DNA from: Antedon mediterranea
Taxonomy: Eukaryota; Animalia; Echinodermata
DNA: 64,000 nucleotides
Assembly: GCF_964355755.1 (NCBI RefSeq)
Contig: NC_092670.1
Coordinates: forward strand, 11,952,795-12,016,794
Direction of reading: 5' to 3'
The notes below the pieces were generated by a model, which was not told where the DNA came from, did no database searches, and worked only from the letters and a program-made list of their open reading frames with translations. Positions within the stretch are counted from its first letter, which is position 1; each line of letters begins with the position of its first letter. Both the position numbers and the translations under genes were made by a program. This document shows, piece by piece, positions 26,801 through 41,153 of this stretch.

Positions 26801-29800
26801 GTGAATATCTAAATTGTTAAAATTGCAAAATGGCAAGGTATTCGAAGTATGATTGTATTAATCTTCATTGTTCATGTTTTTTGGGGACAATAAATCTTTC
26901 AACAATTAATTTTTTACTGTATTATTTTTGTTTAAAACTACAGTAACTTGATTGAATTTGTTTCAGGTTTGGAAAAATAATATTGCCACACTTTTGGAAA
27001 GCATAGGACAATGTCAACACAGGAATCGAGGCAACTGTTTATTGACTAATCGGAACAATGCAATTACAGTATTGTGTTATTACCATCATTTGGACTTCTG
27101 CAACATTAGCACAAGGCACCTGTGACGTGTGTTGTATTTATTGTGTTTTACTGTAATCAGCCAATATTTATAGTTATTCAATCATGTTAGTTGGCAAACA
27201 TATTACAAACTGGTTATTAGTATATTTTTTATACTTAACATTGGTACCTGAGAACTGTCAGTGAGGATGTACATTATTTGATTGTTGCTTGGATTTTGCC
27301 TGATGATTTGATAACACCTGATTAAATGTTATTTTATGTTTTTATAGAAATTAAAGATTAGTAAGATATACAGTATTTATAAAATGTCTCTATTGATGGA
27401 TTCTGCGATGTAACAGTAACTTTACTACTAACTACTTTAAAACCGTTGATTCAAATTGGATATAGTAATTCAACAAATCAAATTTCAACGTTAAATCTAT
27501 GTTTAAATTTACGTTGATGAAAATTTTCATTTCAACTTAATTATTACGTTGTTTCAACGTTAATAATGTCAACATTGAATCAACATTGATAATTTCAACG
27601 TAGACATTTTTACGTTGTTTCAACGTTGATAATCTATGTTGAATCAACGTTGACATTTTTGTTGAGGCAAACTTTCATTTTCAACGTTATTTCAACGTTA
27701 CCTATTTTAACGTTGTTTCAACGTTGATAATTTCTATGTTGATTCAACGTTGACATTTACGTTGAGGCAAACTTTCATTTTCAACCATTTTTTCAACGTT
27801 ATTTCAACGTTACCTATTTTAACGTTGTTTCAACGTTGATAATTTCTATGTTGATTCAACGTTGACATTTAAGTTGAGGCAAACTTTCATTTTCAACCAT
27901 TTTTTCAACGTTATTTCAACGTTACTTATTTTAACGTTGTTTCAACGTTGATAGTTTCTATGTTGATTCAACGTTGACATTTACGTTGAGGCAAACTTTC
28001 ATTTTCAACCATTTTTTCAACGTTATTTCAACGTTACTTATTTTAACGTTGTTTCAACGTTGATAATTTCTATGTTGATTCAACGTTGACATTTACGTTG
28101 AGGCAAACTTTCATTTTCAACCACTTTTTCAACGTTATTTCAACGTTTGCAGATAACGTTGAATTAACGTTAATTCAACCAATTTTTGCCCACTGGGGAG
28201 TAATTATATAAATAAATAATATAGATTAATTATTTGGAGTGTACAATTATATTCTAATGTAATATTAATTAGGTATTTGTAATCGAGATTTTCTTTTTCG
28301 AATTGAATAAATGCGATCAAGTAAACCATAATAATGATTATGATGATAAATACTATGAAATAGTAAAATTTTCAAGTTGTTATAAATTTAGGGCCTACAA
28401 CATTTTAGAATATACACGAATATATTTGAACCCATCACGCAAGCGGACATTGTAAGAGAACAAAAAACAGCGATTCGATTGGAAATACTGTATCTTACGA
28501 ACTTCAGTCGAGTCGCTTCAAAATAAAGGATTGTTCTACATTCTTGTGTCACCTCACACCGAGAGGGGTCAAGTCATGTCATGTCAGGTTTGTCAAAGAT
28601 ATTAATAGAAAGCATATGGTATTACAATATTAATGAAATTCGAAACACGTCCTATAACTACGGGGTGACTCTCTCAATCCATCCATTTTCACAGTTGAAA
28701 CACTTTTATACCGTTAGCCATATAGTAATGTATTTTACCACGACATTATTATACAGTATAGTTACTACTGTACACAGGCACAATGCCATATTTATCATTC
28801 CAAGGCTAATTTTAGTATATTACATGCCTATATTATCGAGCCAGACCATAACAAAACATCATTGTATCAAAGTGTCTTGAACTTCATTACATTAACTACA
28901 TTAAAAAAAGAAACTGCAACTAAATCTACTGTACGAAAGTCATACAGACGTAATAATTAATAGGCCTACGCATGCACCGCAATGATATTCAAAATAAAAC
29001 TTTTTTACCAAAACACCTTTTTTCATAATAGTAGTAATTTTTTTAATATTTCCTCCAAAATGATCAGATTTATAAAAAACATAGTCTGACAAGAGTTATG
29101 TATCGTAATCTTCAAAATATCGTTTGTCCCGCCTACTGTTATACATCACGACCATTGTCTGGTACATTATATATAAGGAACGACGAAATATTTCTTTAAT
29201 TTTAGAAAATATCACATGGGACTCACTATTAAATATTTGTACCAAATATAGCACTATTCCCAAGTGTGGAAAACTCACTGCAGTATATATTCCAAAACAG
29301 AGTTTATTAGGTTTCAAATGATTGTTTATTTAGGTGTATATTGGTTAAGTTTAAAAACTTTTAGTTTCCTCCTTAGCTTGAAAATTGATCTTAACAGCTT
29401 GACCAGTGTGATGTGCAACTGGTCAACTTCTTGGCAATCATGTGTATCAGACTGGTCAAGTGTCCTGGTTTTCAATTTCAATTAATAAAGGCTTGGGAAT
29501 TTGTATCTAATTCTAACAGCTTGACCAGTGTAATGTACACCAGTTTGGTGAAGTGAAAGTATGTTAGGTTACAATTTATAACACTGTATGAATCTCCAAA
29601 ACTTACCCAAAAATGAGCCGTAGTATTAACATCCATTGTAAGTTGGATCATTTTATCTGGCGAATCCATGAACTTCTTTCCAGTGACCACTCCAGCGTTA
29701 TTCACCAGAATATCCACATCACCTACTGCTTCTTTCACTTTGTCGGCGACATTATAGACGTCTTCTCTTTTACTAAGGTCAACCTTGTAGTAGTAGGCGT

Positions 29801-30074
29801 CTGCTCCAATCTCTTCAATCTCTTTGGCCACATCTTTGATGGAAGATTCATTGATATCTAACAGAACTAGAGTTGCTCCGCGTTTAGCAAACTCCAGTGC
29901 CATAAGTCTTCCGATTCCACTCCCGGAACCAGTAACCAGAACAATCTCACCAGCAACATCTTTGGATTTCTTTGGTATGAGAAAGAGCACAGCGGCAATT
30001 AATGTATCTACTAATATCATTATGTGGACATAGATTCCTTCAAGGAGGTCCAGGATACCTCTTAGCACGTTCAT
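20838..30074 (-). CDS. SDR16C5: Short-chain dehydrogenase/reductase, SDR16C family (epidermal retinol dehydrogenase 2-like), 4 coding exons, 310 aa
   Basis: Exons 30074-29607, 22032-21788, 21302-21177, 20931-20838 (933 nt, in phase). N-terminal membrane anchor, [12 protein letters not shown], catalytic YCASK and [10 protein letters not shown]. The family is certain, but orthology within SDR16C (RDH10/SDR16C5/HSD17B11) is not resolved. Confidence 0.93.
22440..24135. repeat. 61-bp tandem array (about 28 copies), left subterminal region of the EnSpm-type element
   Basis: Unit aatgttgatccaacgttgaaataacattgtatttttaactagaaatttacgttaatttatc. Confidence 0.95.
25462..26450. mobile_element. Nested TIR element (about 1 kb)
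   Basis: Perfect 24-bp TIR tacgccgtggttaggattccggca / tgccggaatcctaaccacggcgta, extending imperfectly inward. Flanked by aatat on both sides. Confidence 0.85.
26150..26328. mobile_element. MITE family C (Harbinger-like, 179 bp)
   Basis: agcttggttcccactag ... ctagtgggaaccacgct, near-palindromic. A near-identical copy starts at 63838. Confidence 0.88.
27600..28150. repeat. 112-bp tandem array, right subterminal region of the EnSpm-type element
   Basis: gttgaggcaaactttc recurs at 27661, 27761, 27873, 27985 and 28097. Confidence 0.93.
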
Positions 30075-32881
30075 GTTCGTGTATTATGGATGTCTTTTCT
30101 AAAATAGGCCTATGAAAAAAACAAATAGAACGTAATCAAGCAAAAAATGATTCTATGGTAGAATGAGTTTAAATGTTTGGAGAGAATGGTCGAGTTCTAA
30201 AAAATAGATGGAAATATACGCATGCTCATAAATCAGTGCTTTCGAATCGTGTGAATGTATTCTATAATAAAATTATGAGTCAAACCAAAAGTGTACACAA
30301 AAAATATTTAAAAAATACAGAATAGCGGCCCGCGCTGCCTGCCTCCATGCCTAGAAAAGCATATCTGGAATACCATTAATCGGATCATTATTATATCGGA
30401 TGTTTCTCTGTTGAACGAAGTCCTATTCACATAATAGAAATAAAAGGAAACAGCTGTCAAATAGACAGGTGTCAGAAAGTGCAGAGATATATAAAATGTC
30501 TACTGCTTTTATTATATTGGAGTGGGTGCAATATGGGTGCAGACCGACTACTTGTAGTTGCCCAACTTTAGTTGTTCTGGTCATGCATAACCAATTTTTC
30601 AGTTTCAAGGTCTCAGACTAAAGATGTTTGTTGTATTTTACTTTAAATAATTGCTACAATACACTACACAAACGAAAGCAACATGCAGCATGATTATTTA
30701 AACTTCAGGCCTACTTTCTACAATCTTAATTTTGTTAACTATACATTTCTCTTACAGTTACTTATTCTTCATAGAATGTATGAATATTAACCAGAGAGAT
30801 GGAAACATATGGGGCACACTGACGGACGTTTTCTTATTCCAGGTCAGTCAAAATATAGTTTCCGTTTTAACCTTTTGAATTGAATTAAATCTATTTCCTC
30901 TAGGGAGGGAATTCATAATTGTCAACAGGGCACGTCTCACAATAGAAAACGGTTTTTCAACTCAATAATTTTGAAATAGAAAGAAATAAGCCTTCATTCA
31001 TCATTCTTATCTATACTATTCGGAATTATGCATTTGCTACAAAATCGGCAGAGAACCGACATGCCAATGAGTTTATAACTAAGAATTATTTTACAACTTA
31101 ACCTTATTATTTGTGTTTGGAAATTTAAATCCTTCTATAATATAACAAAAAGATACAAACAAAAAGCGAATACGACGGGATATACGCGAGCAAATGGATT
31201 GTATTTTTGTGCAATCTGCAGTTTCGGCAAACAATCCGTGTCTAAAATTGTAGGCCTAGCAATAATAATTCTAATTTCAAATCATATCTATAATAGGCCA
31301 ACCTAGTTCATATGTTATGTGTAGCTAATTTTCGATTAGTTGATTATTACATGACAAACTTAAATTGATGGTACTGTACTTACCGATGATTGAGTTCTTC
31401 ATTGATGGTGCTATCGTCACAACCAAAAGCAAATGAAAGAGTACTCCCATATGTACGAGACCTAATCGGTCTGCTAGCTAGACGAATCCCACCAATCCGA
31501 ATTATATAATACTGTAATTCAACGAAGGGAAAATAAATAGCACAGCGGCCTGGAATTAATAGCGCGATTTGTCCCATCAATCCGAACTAGGTCTCTGTGT
31601 GTCTGAAGACTGTATTAATGTACTTGTTTTAATAAAGTGACTGGATACAGTAGTTGTAAAAATAACATTATGGCGCATCCAAACCAATTGGTGATTGTTC
31701 TTGATAGCTATTAAACGAAATTTAATGTTTGTTTCCGGAATGACAATAATGCAGGCCTTAAAAATGAATTCTTTAATAACCGGTAGCTCAATCAAATCGT
31801 AATTATTTGTCTTAACTTGATGTAGACCTACATGTTTGGAGGGGAGCAGCAGCAAGCGTCGACTACCACCAAGCAACCTTTCACAAAAAGGGAAGAGATT
31901 AGGCCTGTACGGCACATTTCACTCTCCCTTGTTTTCACAGAAGGCTCTGTGAAAACATGTCTCAGTAATTATTTCTTTTTATCGAAAGTTAGTTGCAGGA
32001 CATTAAATAAACATTACATTAGTAATCAACTCCAAAGTCGGATAATGGATCGAGAGGGGAGAAAGTAAACAGAGATAGTATTATTGTACAGGTTCAAGTT
32101 CACATTACTGTCATAGTTTGAAAGGCAAGTTCAGTTAGGCGATTCGAAAATGGAAATGTGAAATTACTGAAATCGTTAGGACAGACACTAACACGGGAAT
32201 CCTTTAATCAATGGGATCACTCAATCAATGAGATCCCCCATCAAAGAGAAAGCATGTGTTTGGAGAACTCACATTTTATACAGACACCAAAATTCACTGG
32301 CGTGGAGTGTGTCGAACTTTACACATACTTCATTTAAATGTGTTATCTGAAGCAAACCTGTCCACAGATTATTAATGTCAAAATGGTATCAGTGACAATG
32401 TTGTTGCTGACGTAATGACATTGTAACATTAATACCCTTTATACGCCGACCTTTGAAGCGTAGTTTGAGGGTCACTCCCCGATGATCCATGTATCTCCCA
32501 TGGATCAGCAGGAATATGGTTAAAGAAACGTACATGGGAACATATAGTTTTTCGTACTATTAATTGGGAAAGCCACTCGACAGTGCAGTTCTTTTGAACT
32601 GATCCACTTTTGGTTACCCGCAGGTGCTGATAGTACTTTTGTTCTGTTTGTTGAATGATGCCATACCTTGTTTATGATTTTTGTATGTTACCTGGAAATT
32701 GAATAAAATAAAATAAAAATAGTATCATTTTAAAATGTGTTCACAAATCGTCGGACGGTGTAGACATTTTCTTTTTAAAAGAATCTAGATGGCATGAGTT
32801 ATGAAATATTCGTAGCTTGTTTGTGTTTGCCAAACACATTTTTAGCCATAAGAGTTTTCATTATCACCAAGTACAATTTCA

Positions 32882-34780
32882 AACTAGATTTGAACTCGTC
32901 ACTACGGACGAGTTAGGTTATCCGCAGCGCAAAAGCCACGTGCACGTCATACGTTAGAATATTGCGTGCAGAAAAACGATTATGCCACTGAAAAAAATGT
33001 TAGTGCGCCCTCTATTTTGTGTCACGTCTAAGTATATACGGTATACACATATACTGTATACGTACTACATACAGTGCAGAATAGGTGAAAATAAGTGACC
33101 AAAGTTATTGACGCTTTTGGACATGATGACGTCATAAAAATTTTAAAAATGGTGAATCAATCGAAAGATAATTGATTGACATAGACAATATAAAGAAATG
33201 GAGGGCAATGGAATACGGATAAGTGGAGATGCGCTCTATTAAATGTGATGAGCTATACGAAAGAGAAAAAAATCCTATATTTTATATTCGAGTGGCCATA
33301 CGATGACGTCACAATGTCCTGATAGCCATATTGATACATGATTCGATATCTACAACTCATCTACTACCAGAATATGTAATTATAAAAAAGTTTACCACGT
33401 AGTTTAGAATCTATGACTGTTTAAAAAAAGGCATAATTTTGACAAATTTTTGGACTTTTTCATCAAAATTGCGCGCAAATTGTTTAATTCTACGTGCTCG
33501 TATGACGAGATTTTAAGGCAAAATTGATTGAAAATTGGTAAATATATTATAAAAGACAGAAAAAACAAAAATCAAGCAAAAAAAAGATGTTTTTGCGCTA
33601 CGTGCGCACGCGCGCGTAAAAAATTGCGCAAGCCTGTGAATTTTTGAAATGCTCAAAATGATATGAAACGCGTAGAAAATTGATTAGAAGTTGATTTTTT
33701 GCATTTTGAAATTTTAAACGCGCGTGCGCGCGTAACTTTCTTTGAAACATGCAATTTTTAATCCATAGAAAGTTTGCGCTTGATATGACTTAAATTTTCA
33801 CATGATGACGTAATAACAATTTTTAAAATTGTGAATCATGCGAAAGATAATTGATTGACCTAGACAATATAGAGAAATGGAGGGAAATGAAATACGGATA
33901 AGTGGAGATGCGCTCTATTAAATATGTTGAGCTATGACGAAAGAGACAAAAATCCTATATTTGATATTCGAGTGGCCATACGATGACGTCACAATGTCCG
34001 GTTAGCTTAATCGATGCATGATTCTATATCTAAAACTCATCTTCTTTCAGAATATGTAAAAAAAAATAAAATTCACCATGTAGTTTAAAATCTATGACTG
34101 TTCAAAAAAAGGTATAATTTTGACACAATTTTGAAATTTTTTTTCAAAAACGCGCGCAAATTGTTTAATTTTACGTGCTCGTATGACGTGATTTTAAGTT
34201 GAAATTGTTTGAAAGTTGGTAAAATTACTAGAGAAGGCTGAAAAAACAAAAATCAAGCAAAACAAATATGTTTTTGCGCTGCGTGCGCACGCGCGCGTAA
34301 AAATATTGCCCACGCGTCGGAATTTTTGAAATGCTCAAAATGACATGAAACGCGTAGAAAGTTGATTAGAAATGGATTTAGCGCATTTTGAAATTTTGAA
34401 CGCGCGTGCGCGCGTAATTTTATTGAAACATGCCATTTTTAATCCGTGGAAAGTTTGCGCATGATATAAATTTTCACCAAGTTTCAATAGAAAATGACTT
34501 TTGGTTTTTAATCTATGATCAATCATTGAAATTCATAAAATTGCGCGTAACTTACGCTGCGCAACTCGAAAATCAAAAAACAAAGTTTCTTGCACATCTA
34601 CAGATATACGTCAATCTTATGACAAAGTTATACAATCATTTGTTAGCCAGAATTAGAGATATGCGTGCAACAAAATTCGTGGAAAGAAAGAAGAATATAG
34701 AAAAAAAAAAAAAAGAAAAAAAAAAAAAAAAAAGATCCTGACAATAACAAGGGGTTATCCGCCAAGTGCGGATAACCAAT
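32882..34780 (-). mobile_element. Helentron/DINE-1-like non-autonomous rolling-circle element with an internal ~679-bp tandem duplication
   Basis: On the minus strand: 5' ggttatccgc-loop-gcggataacc inverted repeat (34777-34753), T-rich tract, two ~679-bp units (starts at 33121 and 33800), matching subTIR at about 32916-32925, stem-loop aactcgtc...gacgagtt and a terminal CTAGTT. Confidence 0.8.
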
Positions 34781-36171
34781 AAAAAGTGTCCCTTTCTTAT
34801 AGGATATGGACGGAAAGTAGGCCTAAAGAACAAGACTCCACGAACTTAGAAAGTTTAATAAGGTACGGACGCAAACGATGTTGTATGTAAACTTTTGCTA
34901 CACCGTTGTAGGTGTAGGGCCTAGATTTTTTGTTTGGTTGGAAGTTTGTGGCGCAAAGTGCGCCCTCAATTGCCAACTTATTTTTTACCAGCACATGGAG
35001 TAAATACAAGACAACAAATTATACTGTATATAGAATAATCTAAAAAATTGTTTTAATAAAAGATTTATTGCACCCAATTGCAACCCAGGTAAATCTATTT
35101 TGTGCTGGACAAACGCATATGACTGGGCATGATGACCAAAATATGAAACATGAAATAACATTCCTTAAATAACTTATAATAACAATATTTAGAAGTTAGT
35201 AAACTCTTTAAACATAATAACAATTTTGAGTTTTTCCTCCAAAAATTACTAGTTTTATAAAAAAAAAAAAAAAAAATGATGATTATTATTATTATTATCA
35301 TTATTTTGTAATACTGTCCTGAAGAAAGATAAAATACATTTATACAAAAATTGTTAGTCCAGAAACGACATCGTTTAAATACATGAAATACTAAAAAATA
35401 TCTTGCTGAAAAGTAAAGACATATAAAACATAAATTGTTTTTGATTTAAAGATGATTGTTTCATAAATAAACAGTAAAGAAAAACATTTTGTTTGGAATC
35501 CTCTAAAATATAAATATATTGTGTTTAGTATTTTTAAACTGAAAACTTTGTCATGCAAACTTTAAACAATAATCACATGATACATAATTTAAAAAGTGCA
35601 CATTTTATGATATAAAAATGTGGTGAACCAGATCTAATGTTTTTCTGGACATGCTGAAATTAATTTTCAACTCCCAAACCATCTAAAACTGGATAAGCGA
35701 AAACTTAGGGTTATCTCTAGTGTAAATGTTATTGTTTTGTATAATATGGAGTATTTGTTTGTAAAATGTTTTTCTGCATGAAAACAATGGAGGGAAATGG
35801 TTAACAATAGTCTATGAATGATGGAATTGGGAATACATCATAATAAAACATTGACACAAGTTTTTCTACATTTCATACATGCACCTTTTCTTTTTTAAAC
35901 TTAACTTTTGCTTAAAATTCGCCGGACGATATTTAGTGTTGTCATTCCGGTTCACCATTTCCGTCTATTCTAGGCTATTAGTAGATTATTCGTGAAAACT
36001 ATTCCAAGATTTTTTAATTATTTCAGACGGAAAAATTGCAAGACCAAAAAGACACCATAGGTAATGTAACTGGTTGGACATATTCAGAATTTTAAAAATG
36101 ATTGTCAAATGTTATATGAAATAAATAAACTTAAAAAAATAAATATTATTGTTAGATAAGTTGTTAAATAT

Positions 36172-39100
36172 TTAACCCTGTTGCATGCTTTGTATTTCCT
36201 TGGCTCTTCTGTAAGAGGCTTCTACAGCCTCAATAAGGCACTTGCGGAATCCGCCTTTCTCCAGTTGGTAGATGGACTCTATCGTGGTTCCTGCTGGGGA
36301 GCAGACGTCATCCTTCAATTCGCATGGGTGACACTTTGTTTCCAGAAGCATCTTGGCTGCTCCCTGTCAAAAGAGAATCAAAGAATTAGACATTTATCTA
36401 ATCATAAATTAGTCGTGATGACCATAAATGGACAAATTATAACATATTTAAAAACAATGTAGTCTAGTCAGACACATGGTGCGAGTAATAAAATCAATAT
36501 CTTTTATTTCAGAATTTTTATTATAATTATAATTATACAGAAATAAAAAAAGCCCTCCTATACAAACAACACATTTCTATAGTATAGAAATACTCTATTC
36601 ATATAAAATACTTCTTCATTTATAAAATTATTTACATGGACTATGAGGTAACTTACAAGCAATGTTTGTGCTGCCAGTGTAATGGCTAACGACCGCGGCA
36701 AACCCATCTTGACGCCACCATCGGCTAAACCATCAATAGCAGTGAATGCCTACAGGAAAAAAATGACAGTAAGAATACAATCCATGTTCACATTTGGATA
36801 AAATTCAAAATGTCATTGACCTTTACCTTTCTATTGCAACAGCAGTTGTCAGTAAAATTAACTGTAGGGTGTGGTCAGTAAAATTAATCGTAGGGTGTGG
36901 TCAGTAAAATTAATTTTAGGGTGTGGTTAGTAAAATTAACTGTAGGGTGTGGTTAATTTAATGTTAGGATTGGACACTTGCTGTCAATTTTATATGGTCA
37001 CTTGGTTAATTTGACCAATTGAGACTATACTAAAGAAGGCGTTTGGAATTCACTCAATAAAAGAAATATCTGTTTTAATCAAATCACAACCTTCATCTCT
37101 GATCATCGATAATAAATACTTACAAATGCTGGGCCACTTCCACTAATGGCCATGCAGGCATCAATAAGGCTTTCATCTCCTTCAGCACAGTATCCTAGGC
37201 TGGAGAAAAAGGTGTTGACGATGGCTCGGTCTCGGTCCTGAACATTGGTCCCACAACTGAACATGGTTGCCCCTGCGCCTACTAGGCAGGGGGTGTTGGG
37301 CATTGCTCGAATTACTTTGGTTGTTGAAGGAAGTTTCTAATACAAACAAATTTAATATTTGTTTCGGTTTTTTCACTTTAAAGATTGGTATAAGTTTGGA
37401 AACATATGATATAAATGAGTTTGGAAACATTTGATATAAATAAGTTTGGAAACATTTGATATAAGTTCAGAAACAGTTGATATAAGTTCGGAAACATTTG
37501 ATATAAATTCAGAAACATTTGGTATAAGTTCGGAAACATTTGATATAAGTTCAAAAACATTTGATATAAGTTCAAAAACATTTGATATAAGTTCGGAAAC
37601 AATGTCAACAGAACAATAAAAATTAAAAAAACATATTTAATGCATCATCGTTGGATCATTACTTCTATGGACTACTGTAGTAAAAAAAGTTAACAAAATG
37701 CTGATATTCTTACTTTCTCAATGAAGTCTACCGTAATGCCAGCCGCTAAAGACACAACCAAGTGGTCACTATTAACCCATGGAGCGATCTCGGTCAACAC
37801 CTTAGAAACGACACCAGGCTTCACGGCTAAAAAGATGATGTCCGACGAATGCATCACTTCTTTGTTTTCATGAGTAATTCCAAGCCCAATTTTCTAATAT
37901 TTCATAAAAATTTAAATAATATTTGTATAATTGAATTTAACTTTAAAATCAAAGTGTGTAAACAAAATGTATACATTTTGCATTCAAACTTAAATTTAAA
38001 ATTATAATAAGACTGGAGTAATTAACAGGAGAGAAATACTGTATATTAAAAAGCTAAAAATAAATGCAATGGATTAATTTCTAAAGTAATCTCCATAAAT
38101 TATAATATAATAAATAATTTTAAAATTCATTGATTTTATAATATTATAATAATAAAAGACTAAATTTTTAAAAAGAATAATTAAAAATGGTCACCATAAT
38201 CAGAAATATGTTGGAAGAAAATTAATGGCCAGTGGTTTTTCAGAATATTTCTACATTTAAAAAAAATTTAGTACTAATACTTTAATACAGTATGTGCAAT
38301 ATGTTTAAGTCATCATTATGTTCACATTCAAATAAGGCAATATGATGCAAAATTATTAAAATTAACATTTTACAGTAATTAAATGCACAGTAGTATTACA
38401 AATTGTAATAATTATAAATTATATAAAATTCATAAATTAATCTTTACAACGTAAGGATCCATGTATAATAGTTTTAATCAACTTTTGAATCAGGTTTGTT
38501 CAATCATCAGTCATGGCAGTCAGTATGGGATCCAATCATTTTGGATCAATAAACATATGTTGTGTTTTAAAAAAAGTGAGCATAGGCAGATAGATTAAGA
38601 ATCCCCAAAATATGGTTAATACATGCCATAGGGTGCTACAAGAGCATTTTACTATACAGTCAGTACAGTATTATTAAATTGCCAGGGAAATATCAAATTG
38701 TAATTGATTCCAAAAAATAACTAATTTGTCTTGTATAACTAAATGTTTATTGTTTAAACACGTCTGTGTACTTTAGTGTAACCATGTGCAAATATTGCAG
38801 GTGCTGGTGCTGCAGTATATTTTTATATTGTAGGCCTAGTTAAGAGTCGAGTGATCAAAGTAGTTTTACCTTCACTTCTAGCAAATCTCTTTCTGTTGGA
38901 GCACTGGCCATCATTCTTTCTGCAGGCATTACACCTAAACGTAAAAAGTAAATAAATTAAACAAATTGATACATTTTTTCGTGGTGCTTTAGTAAGTTTA
39001 AAAATTAAATATTTGTTGAAGGTGTTGTATGATGTACAATACGCCTAAAATAATTTTATTTTTCAAAAAAGGGGGCTCAGTAAATATAATAAAAAAATTA

Positions 39101-39760
39101 TTTTATCACTCATTTAAAAATCAGATGATGTAAACTCACTTGAAAATTCACATTCAATTCATAGTTATTAATTAATTATTATTAACCCTTTGCACAGAAT
39201 ACAAAATCTTTAAAAATCATATGAAAATCAAATCTCTATGAATACAGTACATACTTTCACTGGGATGGGATGAAGAAAATACTACTAGGCCTATAATTTT
39301 AGTTTGACACTTATTTCAAAACATTAAATATTGGAAATATGACACAAATATTATTTCAACTAAAATAAGAGGCGCTTATTTTGAGACCTGGGAATGTCAT
39401 CATTTCCTTTCATCTGCCACGTCCACAAATGGCACAAAAACACGACAATGTTGACAATTATTTTGTAATGTGCTGTAAGCCTATTTAATTGATTTGTCTT
39501 CTAAAACCAATACATAACTTTGGCTAACTATAAACTTCCTCATAAATGTTCTTTCCAGTGATTACCTAGGCCCAGGCTAAGAATAATTTATTTAAGCATG
39601 AACTTTCTGGACCGTGAGATATCATGCCAAAACCTAAACGAAGCTGGATCTCAACCGCGAGTTTTTGAAGAAATCGGAATGGTCGGAACTTACCAGCAGA
39701 TATGAATCCTTTAGCTAGTGCCTGAGCAATCCTCCCAGCTCCAAGAAATCCAAGACTCAT
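36172..39760 (-). CDS. PYCR: Pyrroline-5-carboxylate reductase, 6 exons, 269 aa
   Basis: Exons 39760-39694, 38934-38870, 37893-37714, 37336-37124, 36749-36657, 36363-36172 (810 nt). Motifs [36 protein letters not shown] and VCSPAGTTI. Confidence 0.97.
36848..36955. repeat. 26-bp tandem repeat, about 4 copies (PYCR intron)
   Basis: Unit gtcagtaaaattaactgtagggtgtg. Confidence 0.85.
37388..37601. repeat. 21-bp tandem repeat, about 9-10 copies (PYCR intron)
   Basis: Unit gttcggaaacatttgatataa. It explains the MFxNLYQ ORF. Confidence 0.9.
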
Positions 39761-41153
39761 GTTGACTAGATGATTAACTTTCAACTAAAAAACAAACTTG
39801 TTAAATATGTCATTTACGATGAAAACATATTGTTTGTTTTGGTTCTGAAGTAACCACGACCGCACACATGGAGACTCAGCACTTGCAACGTTGCATCATC
39901 AGATCGGTCGAAACGCGTCACTGAAATGTACTATATACACGGCGGCCGTAAATAAATAAAATAAGCATTGCATAAAATTATTCTGTATTACGCGTGTCCA
40001 GTGTATCAATTTTAAAAAAAAATGATATTTTCATTTTTAAATCTACAATAATGTACTGGCTCAATATATTATTATAGATTTATAGACAAAATACTAAACT
40101 ATCCGACTTGACAAAACATTAAGATGGACGTGTAAATAGCAAGGTTTATATTGATGATCTCCACGTTTGTAAATGCGTGTGCAGTGCGTTAGATATAAAC
40201 GCAAATATTTTAACTAAAAAGGCGTTTTTTTTCGATTATGCCATTATGCCATGTAGCCTACTTTATTATTTTTTGTTTCATTATTGTAATGTTTACTGTA
40301 CATTAGTTTATTCTAGATTTGATTGAATTAGTAACACCTTTTTAAAATATGCTTTAATAGTAGGCAGGCGGCCTGAGGACGAATGTTCAATAAAAAGATA
40401 AAGATACATTTGTCCTGAAAAAAATGTTTTTAAATGTTTTTTGTTGAATATGCCATTTTAATATCACATAATAGTTATTTCACTTTTACCAACTATTGGA
40501 TAAAAAAAAATACTATTTACCATTAACAAAAAAATGTTTCGGTTCTTGTATATTTGGTAGATTATTTTGTCTTTATAGGCGGCCGGCCCCTAGTGAAAAC
40601 GTTTTTTTTTTCGACGGAAGTGATTAACTTCGATGCCTATTAAAAGTCTTTTTTTGGGAGACAATACGTTTTTAATAAAACAGCTGGTGTGGTGTGGTGG
40701 CGCATGGCACATGTTGCACAACATGTGTGCGTCAAGACCAACAACCATTCTGAAAAACACCAATTAAAAAATGGCATTATTCCGTATCATAGAACTATTT
40801 ATTTTTAATTATGATCCGTCCAACGTGCTATTAATTCAATATTTGCACTTTCATTTACAATTAAATACATGATTTATTTTCATCATCATCAACAGCACAG
40901 AATCGATTTATAGTTGTATAATACATGAAAAGAAATATAGGCCTAAAACAATAAACAATAAAATAAGTAAAAAAAGAAAGAGATAAAATATTGAGCATAA
41001 CAAAAAGTTATGTTTGTTTAATTTCAATGGCTAATAGGTAGCATTCTACAGATAAAAAAAAAGTAGAGATACAGACAGTTTTATTTTAACATGAAGATAA
41101 TTCTATAGTTTAATTTTAATTTTTAAAAAACAACTCTTTTATTACCAATTTAA

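Larger units (their letters stand above)
22356..28197. mobile_element. Non-autonomous CACTA/EnSpm (CMC)-type DNA transposon, 5.8 kb, in the SDR intron
   Basis: TIR cccagtgggca ... tgcccactggg, 2-bp TSD GA on both sides, and subterminal arrays rich in caacgttg at both ends. No transposase ORF seen. Confidence 0.88.

Noticed and set aside
32429-32691. About 80-codon stop-free minus frame and a possible 25-nt micro-exon (32691-32667)
   Set aside because: No recognisable motif or start codon. The micro-exon could be SDR 5'UTR but cannot be supported from sequence alone.
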